This document shows, one piece after another, positions 30,948 through 39,262 of a stretch of DNA of 64,000 nucleotides. The notes under the pieces are model-generated. The model did not search any database. It saw only the letters and a list, made by a program, of their open reading frames with translations, and was not told the DNA's origin. The stretch is from Verrucomicrobiia bacterium (GTDB lineage: Bacteria > Verrucomicrobiota > Verrucomicrobiia > Limisphaerales > JAKPVM01), in contig JBMFQZ010000006.1 in assembly GCA_049968335.1 (NCBI GenBank), forward strand, positions 78,961-142,960, read 5' to 3'. How positions within the stretch are numbered: position 1 is the first letter of the stretch; each line of letters opens with the position of its first letter. The translations under genes were made by a program, and so were the position numbers.

Positions 30948-30970
30948 AAATTGATAAACTGTAAGATTAT

Positions 30971-31345
30971 ATGGAGGCAGTTATGACATACCGACTTGAA
31001 CGAGTGCGCGAGCTGATAAAACGGGAGGTCGGAGAGGCAATTCAACGCTACTTTCCGATTGAACAGGCAGGAATGATTTCTGTTTACGATGTTGAAGTGT
31101 CGCGCGATTTTCAGCAGGCAAAGGTCTTCGTAAGCGTCCTTGGAAATGAAGAAAAGAAAAAGAAGAGTTTTGAATATCTGCAGCAGAATAAAAATTTAAT
31201 TCAGCAGCATATAGCGAAAACAGTGGTTATGAAGCACACGCCGAAATTGCAATTTTTATTGGATAATTCAATAGAACGCGGCAATAAAGTGCTTTCAATA
31301 ATTGAAGAATTAGAAAAAAATAATCCCCCTTCATCTGAACAATGA
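30971..31345 (+). CDS. rbfA: Ribosome-binding factor A
   Basis: The call rests on its size, its position after infB, and a RbfA-like sequence (RVRELIKREVGEAI ... VSRDFQQAKVFVS). An alternative ATG is at 30983. Confidence 0.8.
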   Translation: MEAVMTYRLERVRELIKREVGEAIQRYFPIEQAGMISVYDVEVSRDFQQAKVFVSVLGNEEKKKKSFEYLQQNKNLIQQHIAKTVVMKHTPKLQFLLDNSIERGNKVLSIIEELEKNNPPSSEQ

Positions 31346-32325
31346 AGTCTTATCCGAAGGTAGTTGAACGGATAGTTGAGGCTCTAAAATCCAATGAAAC
31401 ATTTTGTGTCATTGGACATATAAGACCCGATGGCGATTGCATAGGATGTCAACTTGCGGTTGCTCACGCGTTAATGGGAATTGATAAAAAGGTTGTCGTC
31501 TGGAACGACGATGAAGTCCCGTATAAATATAAATTTCTTGATGAAAAAGGGATTATAAGAAAGCCGCAGCCGGGGCAGGAATTTGATTGTGTGATTGCGG
31601 TTGACTCCGCAAACGCTGTCAGATTTGGCTCCGGACTTGATTGCATCGGGAATAGGAAACTTCTTATAAACATAGACCACCACGAGAGCAACGACCGTTT
31701 TGGCGATATTAACTGGGTTTCCGGACGCGCCTCATCGACCGGCGAGCTGATTTACAGAATTCTCAAAGCAGGACGGTTTCCGATTACTCCGCCGATTGCC
31801 GATTGTCTCTTTACTGCAATTTCCACAGACACCGGCTCTTTTCAATATCCGACCACAAAGCCGCTGACTTATCACATTGCCGCGGAACTTGTCAGCAAAG
31901 GGGCGAATTTAGCGAAGATTTGCGACAGGGTTTACTCTTCATTTCCGCTCTCGCGCGTCCGTTTGTTGCGGCACATTTATAACAGTTTTAAATTGACCTA
32001 CGACAATAAGATTGCCTATTTCTGGTTGAGAAAAGAGGACTTTGAACGCGCCGGGGCTAATTGCGATGATACGGAAGGTCTTATAGACCATATTCGTTCG
32101 ATTGAACCGGTGGTTGTTGCCTGTGTGTTTGAAGAAGAGGAGCCGGACTTAATCAGGATTAGCCTGAGGTCAAAAAGCAGTCTTGTAAATGTGAGCGAGA
32201 TTGCAAGCCAGTTTGGTGGCGGAGGACATGCGGCGGCTGCGGGGGCAAGGATACGCGGCACACCGGTTTCGGTGCAGCGGCGGGTCCTTGCGGCTATTAA
32301 ATCTGCTTTAAACTCTCACTTTTAA
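31342..32325 (+). CDS. nrnA: DHH/DHHA1 phosphoesterase (NrnA-like)
   Basis: It has GHIRPDGDCIGC, NIDHHESN and GGGHAAAAG. There is a 4-nt overlap with rbfA. Confidence 0.8.
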   Translation: MKSYPKVVERIVEALKSNETFCVIGHIRPDGDCIGCQLAVAHALMGIDKKVVVWNDDEVPYKYKFLDEKGIIRKPQPGQEFDCVIAVDSANAVRFGSGLDCIGNRKLLINIDHHESNDRFGDINWVSGRASSTGELIYRILKAGRFPITPPIADCLFTAISTDTGSFQYPTTKPLTYHIAAELVSKGANLAKICDRVYSSFPLSRVRLLRHIYNSFKLTYDNKIAYFWLRKEDFERAGANCDDTEGLIDHIRSIEPVVVACVFEEEEPDLIRISLRSKSSLVNVSEIASQFGGGGHAAAAGARIRGTPVSVQRRVLAAIKSALNSHF

Positions 32326-32353
32326 ACTCTCATTTAGGAACAATTCAGATAGA

Positions 32354-33088
32354 ATGGACGAACGTTTTGAAATATCGCCATACGACGGCGTATTGTTAGT
32401 GGACAAACCGGCGGGTCCAACATCGCACGATGTTGTGGATGCCGTCCGGGCAATTTTAGGGATAAAACGAATCGGGCATTGCGGCACGCTTGATCCCAAT
32501 GCCACCGGACTGCTTGTCATTGTTATCGGGAAAGCCACTAAACTTTCAGACCGATTCACTTCAACAGATAAAGTCTACGAAGGGGCGATGATATTTGGGG
32601 CAGAAACAGACTCTTACGACGCGGATGGCAAAATTGTGGCAACAAGGGAGGTGCCGCAATTAACTCTGGATAAACTAAATGAACTTGCAAAAAAGTTCAC
32701 GGGCGATATTTTGCAAAAACCGCCGATGGTCTCGGCTGTTAAGAAAGACGGCGTACCGCTTTATAAACTGGCGCGAAAAGGGGTTGATATAGAACGGGAG
32801 GCGCGACCGGTTCATATATACGATTTTTCATTTGAAGATTATATTGAACCGATGGCGTGGTTTTGCGTTGCTTGTTCAAAGGGAACTTACGTCAGGAGCC
32901 TTGTTCACGATTTTGGAAAAGAACTCGGGTGCGGGGCTTATTTAAAACATCTGCGGCGAACAGTCTCGGGCAAATTCAACGTTAAAGACGCGATTGAAAT
33001 GGAAGAGATGATCAGGATGGACGCTGAAATGTTGAAGTCAAAAATTATATCGCTTCACGAGATTGCAAAGATTTTATACGCAAAATAG
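32354..33088 (+). CDS. truB: tRNA pseudouridine(55) synthase
   Basis: GHCGTLDPNATGLLVIVIGKATK contains the catalytic Asp motif. Confidence 0.9.
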   Translation: MDERFEISPYDGVLLVDKPAGPTSHDVVDAVRAILGIKRIGHCGTLDPNATGLLVIVIGKATKLSDRFTSTDKVYEGAMIFGAETDSYDADGKIVATREVPQLTLDKLNELAKKFTGDILQKPPMVSAVKKDGVPLYKLARKGVDIEREARPVHIYDFSFEDYIEPMAWFCVACSKGTYVRSLVHDFGKELGCGAYLKHLRRTVSGKFNVKDAIEMEEMIRMDAEMLKSKIISLHEIAKILYAK

Positions 33089-33109
33089 CAGCGGCGCTGT
33101 TCCGTAAAA

Positions 33110-34174
33110 ATGAATGTGCTTGTTCCAGATGGCGGTTTTGCGGCGCATAAATCAATATGCGAAGCGGAGGCTGTCTCGCTAAATAACGCTACAACATCGT
33201 TGCACACCGTCAGCGTCTGCAACGAGGAATTGGCCGAGATTCAAAAGTATGAAGGCTGCATTCGCGACTATTTCAGCCGTCAAAATTTTAAGAGCGCCTG
33301 CGTTGCAATTGGAGTTTTTGACGGGGTTCATTTAGGACACCAGCAGGTTATAAAAAAGATGATATCCGAAGCAAAAGCGCATCGCGCCGCGCCTGTTGTT
33401 GTAACATTTGATCGTCATCCAAAAACAGTTATCCCGCATTCAAAACCGCCCTTGTTAATCTATTCATTAAAGCAGAAACTCAAAGCGCTTGCAGACTGCG
33501 GCGCCCAGTATGTCTTGCTTATTCCATTTGACATCAATTTTAGCAGGATTGAAGCCGCCTGTTTTGTGAAGATTTTAAACTACGAACTTGGCAACATTAA
33601 GAGCATTTCTGTTGGGAGAAATTTTCTCTTCGGACACAATCGCGGCGGCAACGTTGCCCTGCTTGAGGAGATTGGCAAAAAACTCGGTTTTACGGTTTTC
33701 GGTCTAAATCCTGTTTCGCTTGATGGCAAAACGATTAGCAGCACAAGGGTACGCGAGGCGATTTTAAAAGGAGAGATTTCGATTGTCTCTCAAATGCTCG
33801 GCAGAGATTACGGCGTTTCAGGAAAAGTTGTGCCGGGCGATGGGATAGGCAAAAGGCTCGGATTTCCAACAGCGAACATTGATGTAACAGGACTTGTATT
33901 GCCGCCCCGGGGAGTATATGCCACGCGCGTTGCGATTGATGAAAACCTTTACAACGCGGTGCTCAACATCGGTTTGCGTCCAACGCTCAGACAACCGAAC
34001 CCGCAGTTAAGATTTGAACTTCATATACTTGATTTTAACGACAATATCTACGGAAAAGAAATTGAAACCATATTTGTGAAAAAGTTAAGGGGCGAAATCC
34101 AATTTTCCTCAATAGAACAGTTAAAGTCTCAAATCAAAAAAGACATTGAACAGGCGCGCGAAGTTCTGGATTAA
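33110..34174 (+). CDS. ribF: Bifunctional riboflavin kinase / FMN adenylyltransferase
   Basis: It has GVFDGVHLGHQ, the kinase part GFPTANI and LHILDF. About 50 extra N-terminal residues suggest the true start may be downstream. Confidence 0.85.
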   Translation: MNVLVPDGGFAAHKSICEAEAVSLNNATTSLHTVSVCNEELAEIQKYEGCIRDYFSRQNFKSACVAIGVFDGVHLGHQQVIKKMISEAKAHRAAPVVVTFDRHPKTVIPHSKPPLLIYSLKQKLKALADCGAQYVLLIPFDINFSRIEAACFVKILNYELGNIKSISVGRNFLFGHNRGGNVALLEEIGKKLGFTVFGLNPVSLDGKTISSTRVREAILKGEISIVSQMLGRDYGVSGKVVPGDGIGKRLGFPTANIDVTGLVLPPRGVYATRVAIDENLYNAVLNIGLRPTLRQPNPQLRFELHILDFNDNIYGKEIETIFVKKLRGEIQFSSIEQLKSQIKKDIEQAREVLD

Positions 34175-34287
34175 CTGAGTTTCAATGACTTTATCAAAAT
34201 GGATTGGAAACAGATGGTTTTTGAATTATTGAATGAATAACAGCGCCGTACAGGTAGGGGCAAAGAGAATATTTTCAGTTGTTTTCC

Positions 34288-34511
34288 TGAATCATTAGCA
34301 TTGAACTTGGTATTTGATTTTAAAACCGATTAAAATTTAACGCTGTTTAACTGTATGAACTCAATAACCTAATACCAATCGGCTTGAACCCTGTTGGGGT
34401 TGAGTGATGGTTGTTTACTGTTTTTCAGTCCACCTATTTCATAGGTGGCTACTAATGTTAAACCCCTTCGTGGTCTATTTTAATCAATGAGTTGTTGGTT
34501 ATAAAATAATT
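34288..34511 (+). repeat. Intergenic repeat family B, copy 1 (~220 bp, hairpin-rich)
   Basis: TGAATCATTAGCATTGAACTTGGTATTTGATTTTAAAACCGATTAAAAT ... CCACCTATTTCATAGGTGGCTACTAAT ... GAGTTGTTGGTTATAAAATAAT is collinear with 54699-54916. Confidence 0.8.
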
Positions 34512-34677
34512 AGCCTTTAATGCTTTAAAATTAAGCAATAAATACGTACCTGCTGCAAATATGTATTATATATTTAATTTCATCAAAATTCATTCGTCTT
34601 TGTTGACCTGGATTCAGATAAGAAACGGGAATTTATGGATTGAATAAAACATCGCTCTTGTGCAATCTAACGATTGT

Positions 34678-37600
34678 ATGAACATATTCAAAATGAACGG
34701 CAAATTTGCGAAGGTTGTCAATATTGTTGTCTTAAATGCTTTTATTTTTTCTGCATTTTCTGCAATTTCGCAGGAGATAAATAACGGGCTGGTGACAGTC
34801 CGCGCTGTAAAGAAGGGGAATTCATTTTCTGGTTTTGATGTATTAAAAGGGAGCACGAATATAGCGATTATAAGGTTTAGTTCGGAGACGGTTGGTTTGA
34901 CTGTCACAAAATGCAGCACAGTACGGGGTGGAGATGCGATTGAATTTTCAGGCTTTCAGGCGCGCAGCGGAGCAGGTGTTGTATTTGGAAAAGAGGATTT
35001 TGTCCGCGTCAGGCTTATTCGCAACGATCCTTATCCGGAGATAGCGTTTGGCATAACTATAGCGGAGTTTGACAGCGCGAAGTGGCAAACGGTGGTGGGG
35101 AAAGAGCCGTTTCATTTTCTTGCGTTATATTTGAAGGATGCCGAAACGTGGCATCATCGCGGCTGGTTAAACGCAACGCCGCTTGTTGATCCATTTCCAT
35201 TATTGCTTGACCGTCATGCCGGCACGCCAGAAATCTCCGCCTATCATTATAACAGGAACTGGAGTTACACAGTGCCGCTTGGGGCTCATCCGATACCGGT
35301 AATTGGTCTGTGGTCTGCAAGCAAGGCGCATTACGTTGGATATGAATTTCAAACAACCCGTCTTGAAAATAATTCTGAGCGCGACATTGCGACCGGGTAT
35401 CGCTGGATTGGCGATGAGAGCGGAAGTCCTGATTCAAAACAGTTTGTTGCGCTTGTTTATCCCTATGGCGGACAGGGGTATCAACAACTTGTTCTTCCGG
35501 AAACTGGGTCGCGATTAAATTCAAAATGCCGCCTGTTATGGAGTTTAAACCTGCCATCAACTGATGATCCGAATCGTTTTACGTTATCGGTTATCTGGGG
35601 CAAAACGATGGATAAACTGCCGCGGGTTCCGGCGGTGGCGGATGTTGACTGGATACCGGGAGGGATTCGGTTAAAGGATTTTCAAGGTCCGCCGCGCGGC
35701 GGTTTAATTGCCGGTGTTGAGCCGCCGTTTCAGGTTCAGGGAACGAGGTTGATTTCAGGCTGGACCTGGCATAATGAAAGCCCGACTGCCGCCGCAGCAA
35801 AGCAAAAAGATTCACAGAGAATCGCGGCTCTTAAAAACATTGCGTCGGAATTGATGAAATACGCAAAGAGGTTTCAGATCAATGGAGAGGAGTGTCTGTT
35901 CTGGGAAAAACCGCTTGAAGGAGAGTGGACTGAACAATGGGGCGGAAAACCTGTAACGACATTGCACAACGCAAACGGTTTTGCCGCCGCAAGGGTTTTT
36001 CTTGGTTTATACCGGGACGCGGGGATGAAGGAGTATTTGCCTGTAGTTGATGGGGTGTTGAACTGGGCAAAATATATTGAATGGACGCGAAACGAGTTTG
36101 CCGATGTCCCTTCTTCGCCATTTGCGATTGGCGGCACGTTGAGCGCCTCGTTTTGTCTGGAATATTATAAAACATTTAAAGATAGTCCCGACGATGAGCA
36201 TCGCAAACGGGCAAGTCTGGCGCTGGAACTTGCGCGCGTCTTTACCTATAGATATCTGGCAATCTGGCTTTCGGACAACAACCGGTTTGACAATCTTGAT
36301 TCTTCGTTTTTATGGGAGCCGAACAGCGGTAGAGACTGGACTGGTGCTGCCTGCGCAAACGAGGTCTTCTGGAATCTGGACACGCTTGCCCAAACGGCTG
36401 TCCATACCGGCGACCCTATCTTGATGTGGGCGCTGCAGGGCTCGTTAGATAGATGGCATCAACTTTATCAGGATGTTGTTAAAAATAGTCTTTTAGAGTA
36501 TCAAGCGCGAGATATGACAGAGGGTTACGGACTTTATGCCGGGAATGTTTACGGGGTTGGAAAACGCGCGCCATACGGATTTGCTTCGCCGCTTGTGATG
36601 ACCGAGCCGGTTGGCGATTCTTTTATCCGTGTCCTTGCAGGTGAAAAAGCGGCGCTTGCGTTTAAAAAAGGAAAACAGCAGGTCAACATCTCGCAATACA
36701 AATATAAACAGGAGGGGAACTTTGCCTTTACGGTTCAATCTGAACGCGGGGTGTTTGACCTATCTTTGACATCGCCTTATTGCGATATTAGCGAAAAATC
36801 TGTCAGCATTGCGCGCGAGGGGAAAAAGATTGTTTTGCAGCCGGGCTCTGATTTTATAAGACCGCCGCAAGCGTTATGGTCTTTGTATTTAAAGAACGTA
36901 AGAAATGGCGACAGAATTATAGTTGGTGAACCGGATGAGACGGCGCCGTCATTGCCAACAGAACCGCCGCTTGCCTATTCAAGCGCTCAAAAACAACCGT
37001 TGTCTAATTATGAAACCGTAAATGGTTTTGGACTGGTTCAACTTCCTTATGACAGCGCTCCTGATTTTAGCTGGGAGAATCCGCAGGGCTGGGCTGGAAT
37101 GCCGCGCGGCAGAATCTGGGTCTTTGGAGTGCCATTTAATATTGAATATTCAAATGACCGTTGTGTGTTGAGCCGTCCCGCGAAGCTGTCGCGTCAGATT
37201 AAGAATGCCGATTTTGTTTATCTATTATACAGCGAGGGCGAAGGCGAGGTTCCGTCGTTGGTTTATTCTGATGGCGCAAAGGAACTGGTTGACACTTCAA
37301 GCGAGGCAATTGCATTCAAGGCTCACCCGCCGATTTTTAAAGGCAGACTGTTTATCGGGAAGGTCGCGGTTAAAAAAGGCAAGTCAATCCAGTCTATTGA
37401 TCCGGCTAAGCGAATGGTCTGGGCTATGACGGTTCAAACATTATCCGACATACCGGCGGAAGATGCGGCACGAGTTAACCTTGCTTTAACCAAAGCGGCT
37501 GAAGAATGGAAAATCCAGAGGGCGCAGGAGTTGATTATGAGCGAACTTTCTGAAAAGGTTAAAACCGTGTCAGAAGGTAAAATAGCGATTCTTCCGCCAA

Positions 37601-38256
37601 GTCCGGGCGGCGCCGCATTTACATTTTTGCAGAAGATTGGTCTGGTTGAGAAGTCTATGGTTCTGAACAACCAGAGGCTTATTGACGGTTCAGTTTTCAA
37701 TCCGCAAAAGGTTTCTGCGGCAGTCTATCTTGATGGCGAGGATTATGTTCATACGGTTAGAAATACCGCCGATGGGGCGAACGCCGTTGAACAATTTGTT
37801 AAAGGAGGCGGCACGCTTGTTCTGCTTGCCTCGCAGCCATGGCCGATGTTTTACGCCACAGGCGGCGGCGGCAGGCGGAGCGAGGCGCTCACCGGGAAAC
37901 TTGGACTGTCGTTGTCTATGGCAGTTGAAGGTTTGCCATCAGAAAAATTGACAATCAAGATTAATACCCAGCAAAATATTATCAGATGCAAAAACGCGCA
38001 ATTCGGGTATCCAGAGGGGGACGGGAGGTTGCGGGCGATTTTAAGAAACCGAATACCAAAGGAGGCAAAATATACTCCGATTGCAACGGTGGTTGGAGAG
38101 TCGGGCAAGGATTACGGCGATGCCGCAGGTTTAATTGAATTTCCTAACGGTGGCAGGGTTCTATATATTGCCAGCGTGTTGCAACTTGACCCGATTAACG
38201 GTTTTGAAATTCGCCGCAGCGTAGCGGAATATTTGATAAAACTGAGCGGTAAATAA
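34678..38256 (+). CDS. Large secreted hypothetical protein (~1190 aa)
   Basis: This is an uninterrupted ORF with a signal peptide (MNGKFAKVVNIVVLNAFIFSAFSAISQE). Its last 76 codons are duplicated at 45835-46064. Confidence 0.75.
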   Translation: MNIFKMNGKFAKVVNIVVLNAFIFSAFSAISQEINNGLVTVRAVKKGNSFSGFDVLKGSTNIAIIRFSSETVGLTVTKCSTVRGGDAIEFSGFQARSGAGVVFGKEDFVRVRLIRNDPYPEIAFGITIAEFDSAKWQTVVGKEPFHFLALYLKDAETWHHRGWLNATPLVDPFPLLLDRHAGTPEISAYHYNRNWSYTVPLGAHPIPVIGLWSASKAHYVGYEFQTTRLENNSERDIATGYRWIGDESGSPDSKQFVALVYPYGGQGYQQLVLPETGSRLNSKCRLLWSLNLPSTDDPNRFTLSVIWGKTMDKLPRVPAVADVDWIPGGIRLKDFQGPPRGGLIAGVEPPFQVQGTRLISGWTWHNESPTAAAAKQKDSQRIAALKNIASELMKYAKRFQINGEECLFWEKPLEGEWTEQWGGKPVTTLHNANGFAAARVFLGLYRDAGMKEYLPVVDGVLNWAKYIEWTRNEFADVPSSPFAIGGTLSASFCLEYYKTFKDSPDDEHRKRASLALELARVFTYRYLAIWLSDNNRFDNLDSSFLWEPNSGRDWTGAACANEVFWNLDTLAQTAVHTGDPILMWALQGSLDRWHQLYQDVVKNSLLEYQARDMTEGYGLYAGNVYGVGKRAPYGFASPLVMTEPVGDSFIRVLAGEKAALAFKKGKQQVNISQYKYKQEGNFAFTVQSERGVFDLSLTSPYCDISEKSVSIAREGKKIVLQPGSDFIRPPQALWSLYLKNVRNGDRIIVGEPDETAPSLPTEPPLAYSSAQKQPLSNYETVNGFGLVQLPYDSAPDFSWENPQGWAGMPRGRIWVFGVPFNIEYSNDRCVLSRPAKLSRQIKNADFVYLLYSEGEGEVPSLVYSDGAKELVDTSSEAIAFKAHPPIFKGRLFIGKVAVKKGKSIQSIDPAKRMVWAMTVQTLSDIPAEDAARVNLALTKAAEEWKIQRAQELIMSELSEKVKTVSEGKIAILPPSPGGAAFTFLQKIGLVEKSMVLNNQRLIDGSVFNPQKVSAAVYLDGEDYVHTVRNTADGANAVEQFVKGGGTLVLLASQPWPMFYATGGGGRRSEALTGKLGLSLSMAVEGLPSEKLTIKINTQQNIIRCKNAQFGYPEGDGRLRAILRNRIPKEAKYTPIATVVGESGKDYGDAAGLIEFPNGGRVLYIASVLQLDPINGFEIRRSVAEYLIKLSGK

Positions 38257-38322
38257 TTTATTGATTAATCCAGTGGCGTTCTTTTGTCGCGGTAAAAAGA
38301 CGCGCTGCCGTCGAGCATCACC
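38027..38322 (+). repeat. Left copy of the ~296-bp direct repeat bracketing the insertion
   Basis: Positions 38027-38219 are identical to 45835-46027. Similarity with scattered substitutions continues to ~38322/46130. Confidence 0.95.
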
Positions 38323-38363
38323 GCTACGGCTCGATGGAAAAGTTTTGGGAAACGAGCCTGCAT
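38265..38363 (-). pseudogene. Chimeric 32-codon ORF: junction ATG fused to a decayed copy of the prepilin-like gene tail
   Basis: The hand translation is [32 protein letters not shown]. The last 18 residues match the C-terminus of the 46073 gene ([17 protein letters not shown]). Confidence 0.6.
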
Positions 38364-38450
38364 TTTTCACACACTCCGCGCCTTTTCCAGCCGCGCCCGC
38401 ACCAGCCCTACCACCGCCTCATACACCGCCTCCCGCTCACCTGGCGTCAA
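38361..38450 (-). repeat. Copy 3 of the methyltransferase gene 3' end (mosaic fragment)
   Basis: It encodes LTPGEREAVYEAVVGLVRARLEKARSV*. Positions 38361-38406 are identical to 39082-39127, and 38410-38438 are identical to 40984-41012. Confidence 0.9.
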
Positions 38451-38485
38451 ATGTAAAGTTGAAACGGAGGGATACCTCGAGAATT

Positions 38486-39091
38486 TCATTTTCGGAAATA
38501 GGCATCAAGGGACTCACGCAGACTTCGCAGAGCATCGATGGCGTTGTCGTAGTGACTGAGCTTATATTTGCCATATTCCCATTCCTCGAGTAGAAACAGA
38601 TGTTCGCGATTGCGCCAGTCCCATAAATCGTCAAGGGCCTTTTTTAAATCATCGGAAATCATACCGTTTTTGACCATAGCGGCAGTTCGCTGTTTATAAC
38701 CCGTGTTCTTCCCGGAGATATTTCGTGCTACATCTTTGGTGATACTCTCACAGAGAGTACCGACAAGGCAAACACCCTCTTTGATAATCATTTCACGGGC
38801 AGTCCCCTTTAAGTCAATTCGATTCAACAACCATCGGTAAACATCACTAAGGATTAGTGCGTAGGAGATATTGCGTTGCAAGTTCTTGTCGTGGATAAAC
38901 CAATACTGATCCCGAAAGAACTTGGCCTTTCGCAAATATCCGCGAGGAAAACGGATTTTCAGAGGTCGATCACCCTCTCTTCCTAGAAGGTTTTCAATCT
39001 CTTGCAAATCGTTTCCGATCCGCTTAACCAGTGATTCGATTGACTTTTCCATGACGGTTTCGCACCACATCAGTTGTTCATCATTTTTCAC
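38486..39091 (-). CDS. Orphan helical protein, function unknown (possible HEPN-like effector)
   Basis: This 201-codon ORF ends the island operon. The GTG at 39091 overlaps the TGA of repeat copy 2, and alternative ATGs lie at 39070 and 39052. The WDWRNREHLF string is HEPN-like but is one residue short of Rx4-6H. Confidence 0.6.
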   Translation of the reverse strand: MKNDEQLMWCETVMEKSIESLVKRIGNDLQEIENLLGREGDRPLKIRFPRGYLRKAKFFRDQYWFIHDKNLQRNISYALILSDVYRWLLNRIDLKGTAREMIIKEGVCLVGTLCESITKDVARNISGKNTGYKQRTAAMVKNGMISDDLKKALDDLWDWRNREHLFLLEEWEYGKYKLSHYDNAIDALRSLRESLDAYFRK

Positions 39092-39205
39092 ACACTCCGC
39101 GCCTTTTCCAGCCGCGCCCGCACCAGCGTCACCACTGCCTCGTACAGTGCCTCACGTTGCCCTGGCCGCCGTTCGTACCACAGTGAAACACCAGACGTTC
39201 GAAGC
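39082..39205 (-). repeat. Copy 2 of the methyltransferase gene 3' end (diverged fragment)
   Basis: It encodes ...PGQREALYEAVVTLVRARLEKARSV* with no upstream ORF body. It lies between the OLD-type gene and the 201-aa ORF. Confidence 0.85.
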
Positions 39206-39262
39206 GAGGGTGCCCGGAAGCATTGCCACCTAGCAAGAGAGAGTGAAGTTAGGGATATCATT

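Noticed and set aside
38486-39091. A firm HEPN RNase assignment for the 201-aa protein
   Set aside because: The only candidate motif (RNREH) has three residues between R and H instead of the canonical four to six. It is kept as a hypothesis only.
38261-39233. Plus-strand ORFs 38261..38593 and 38922..39233, with shared ...HSAPFPAAPAPA... peptides
   Set aside because: These are antisense read-throughs of the repeated methyltransferase-tail fragments. The shared peptide merely reflects the DNA repeat.
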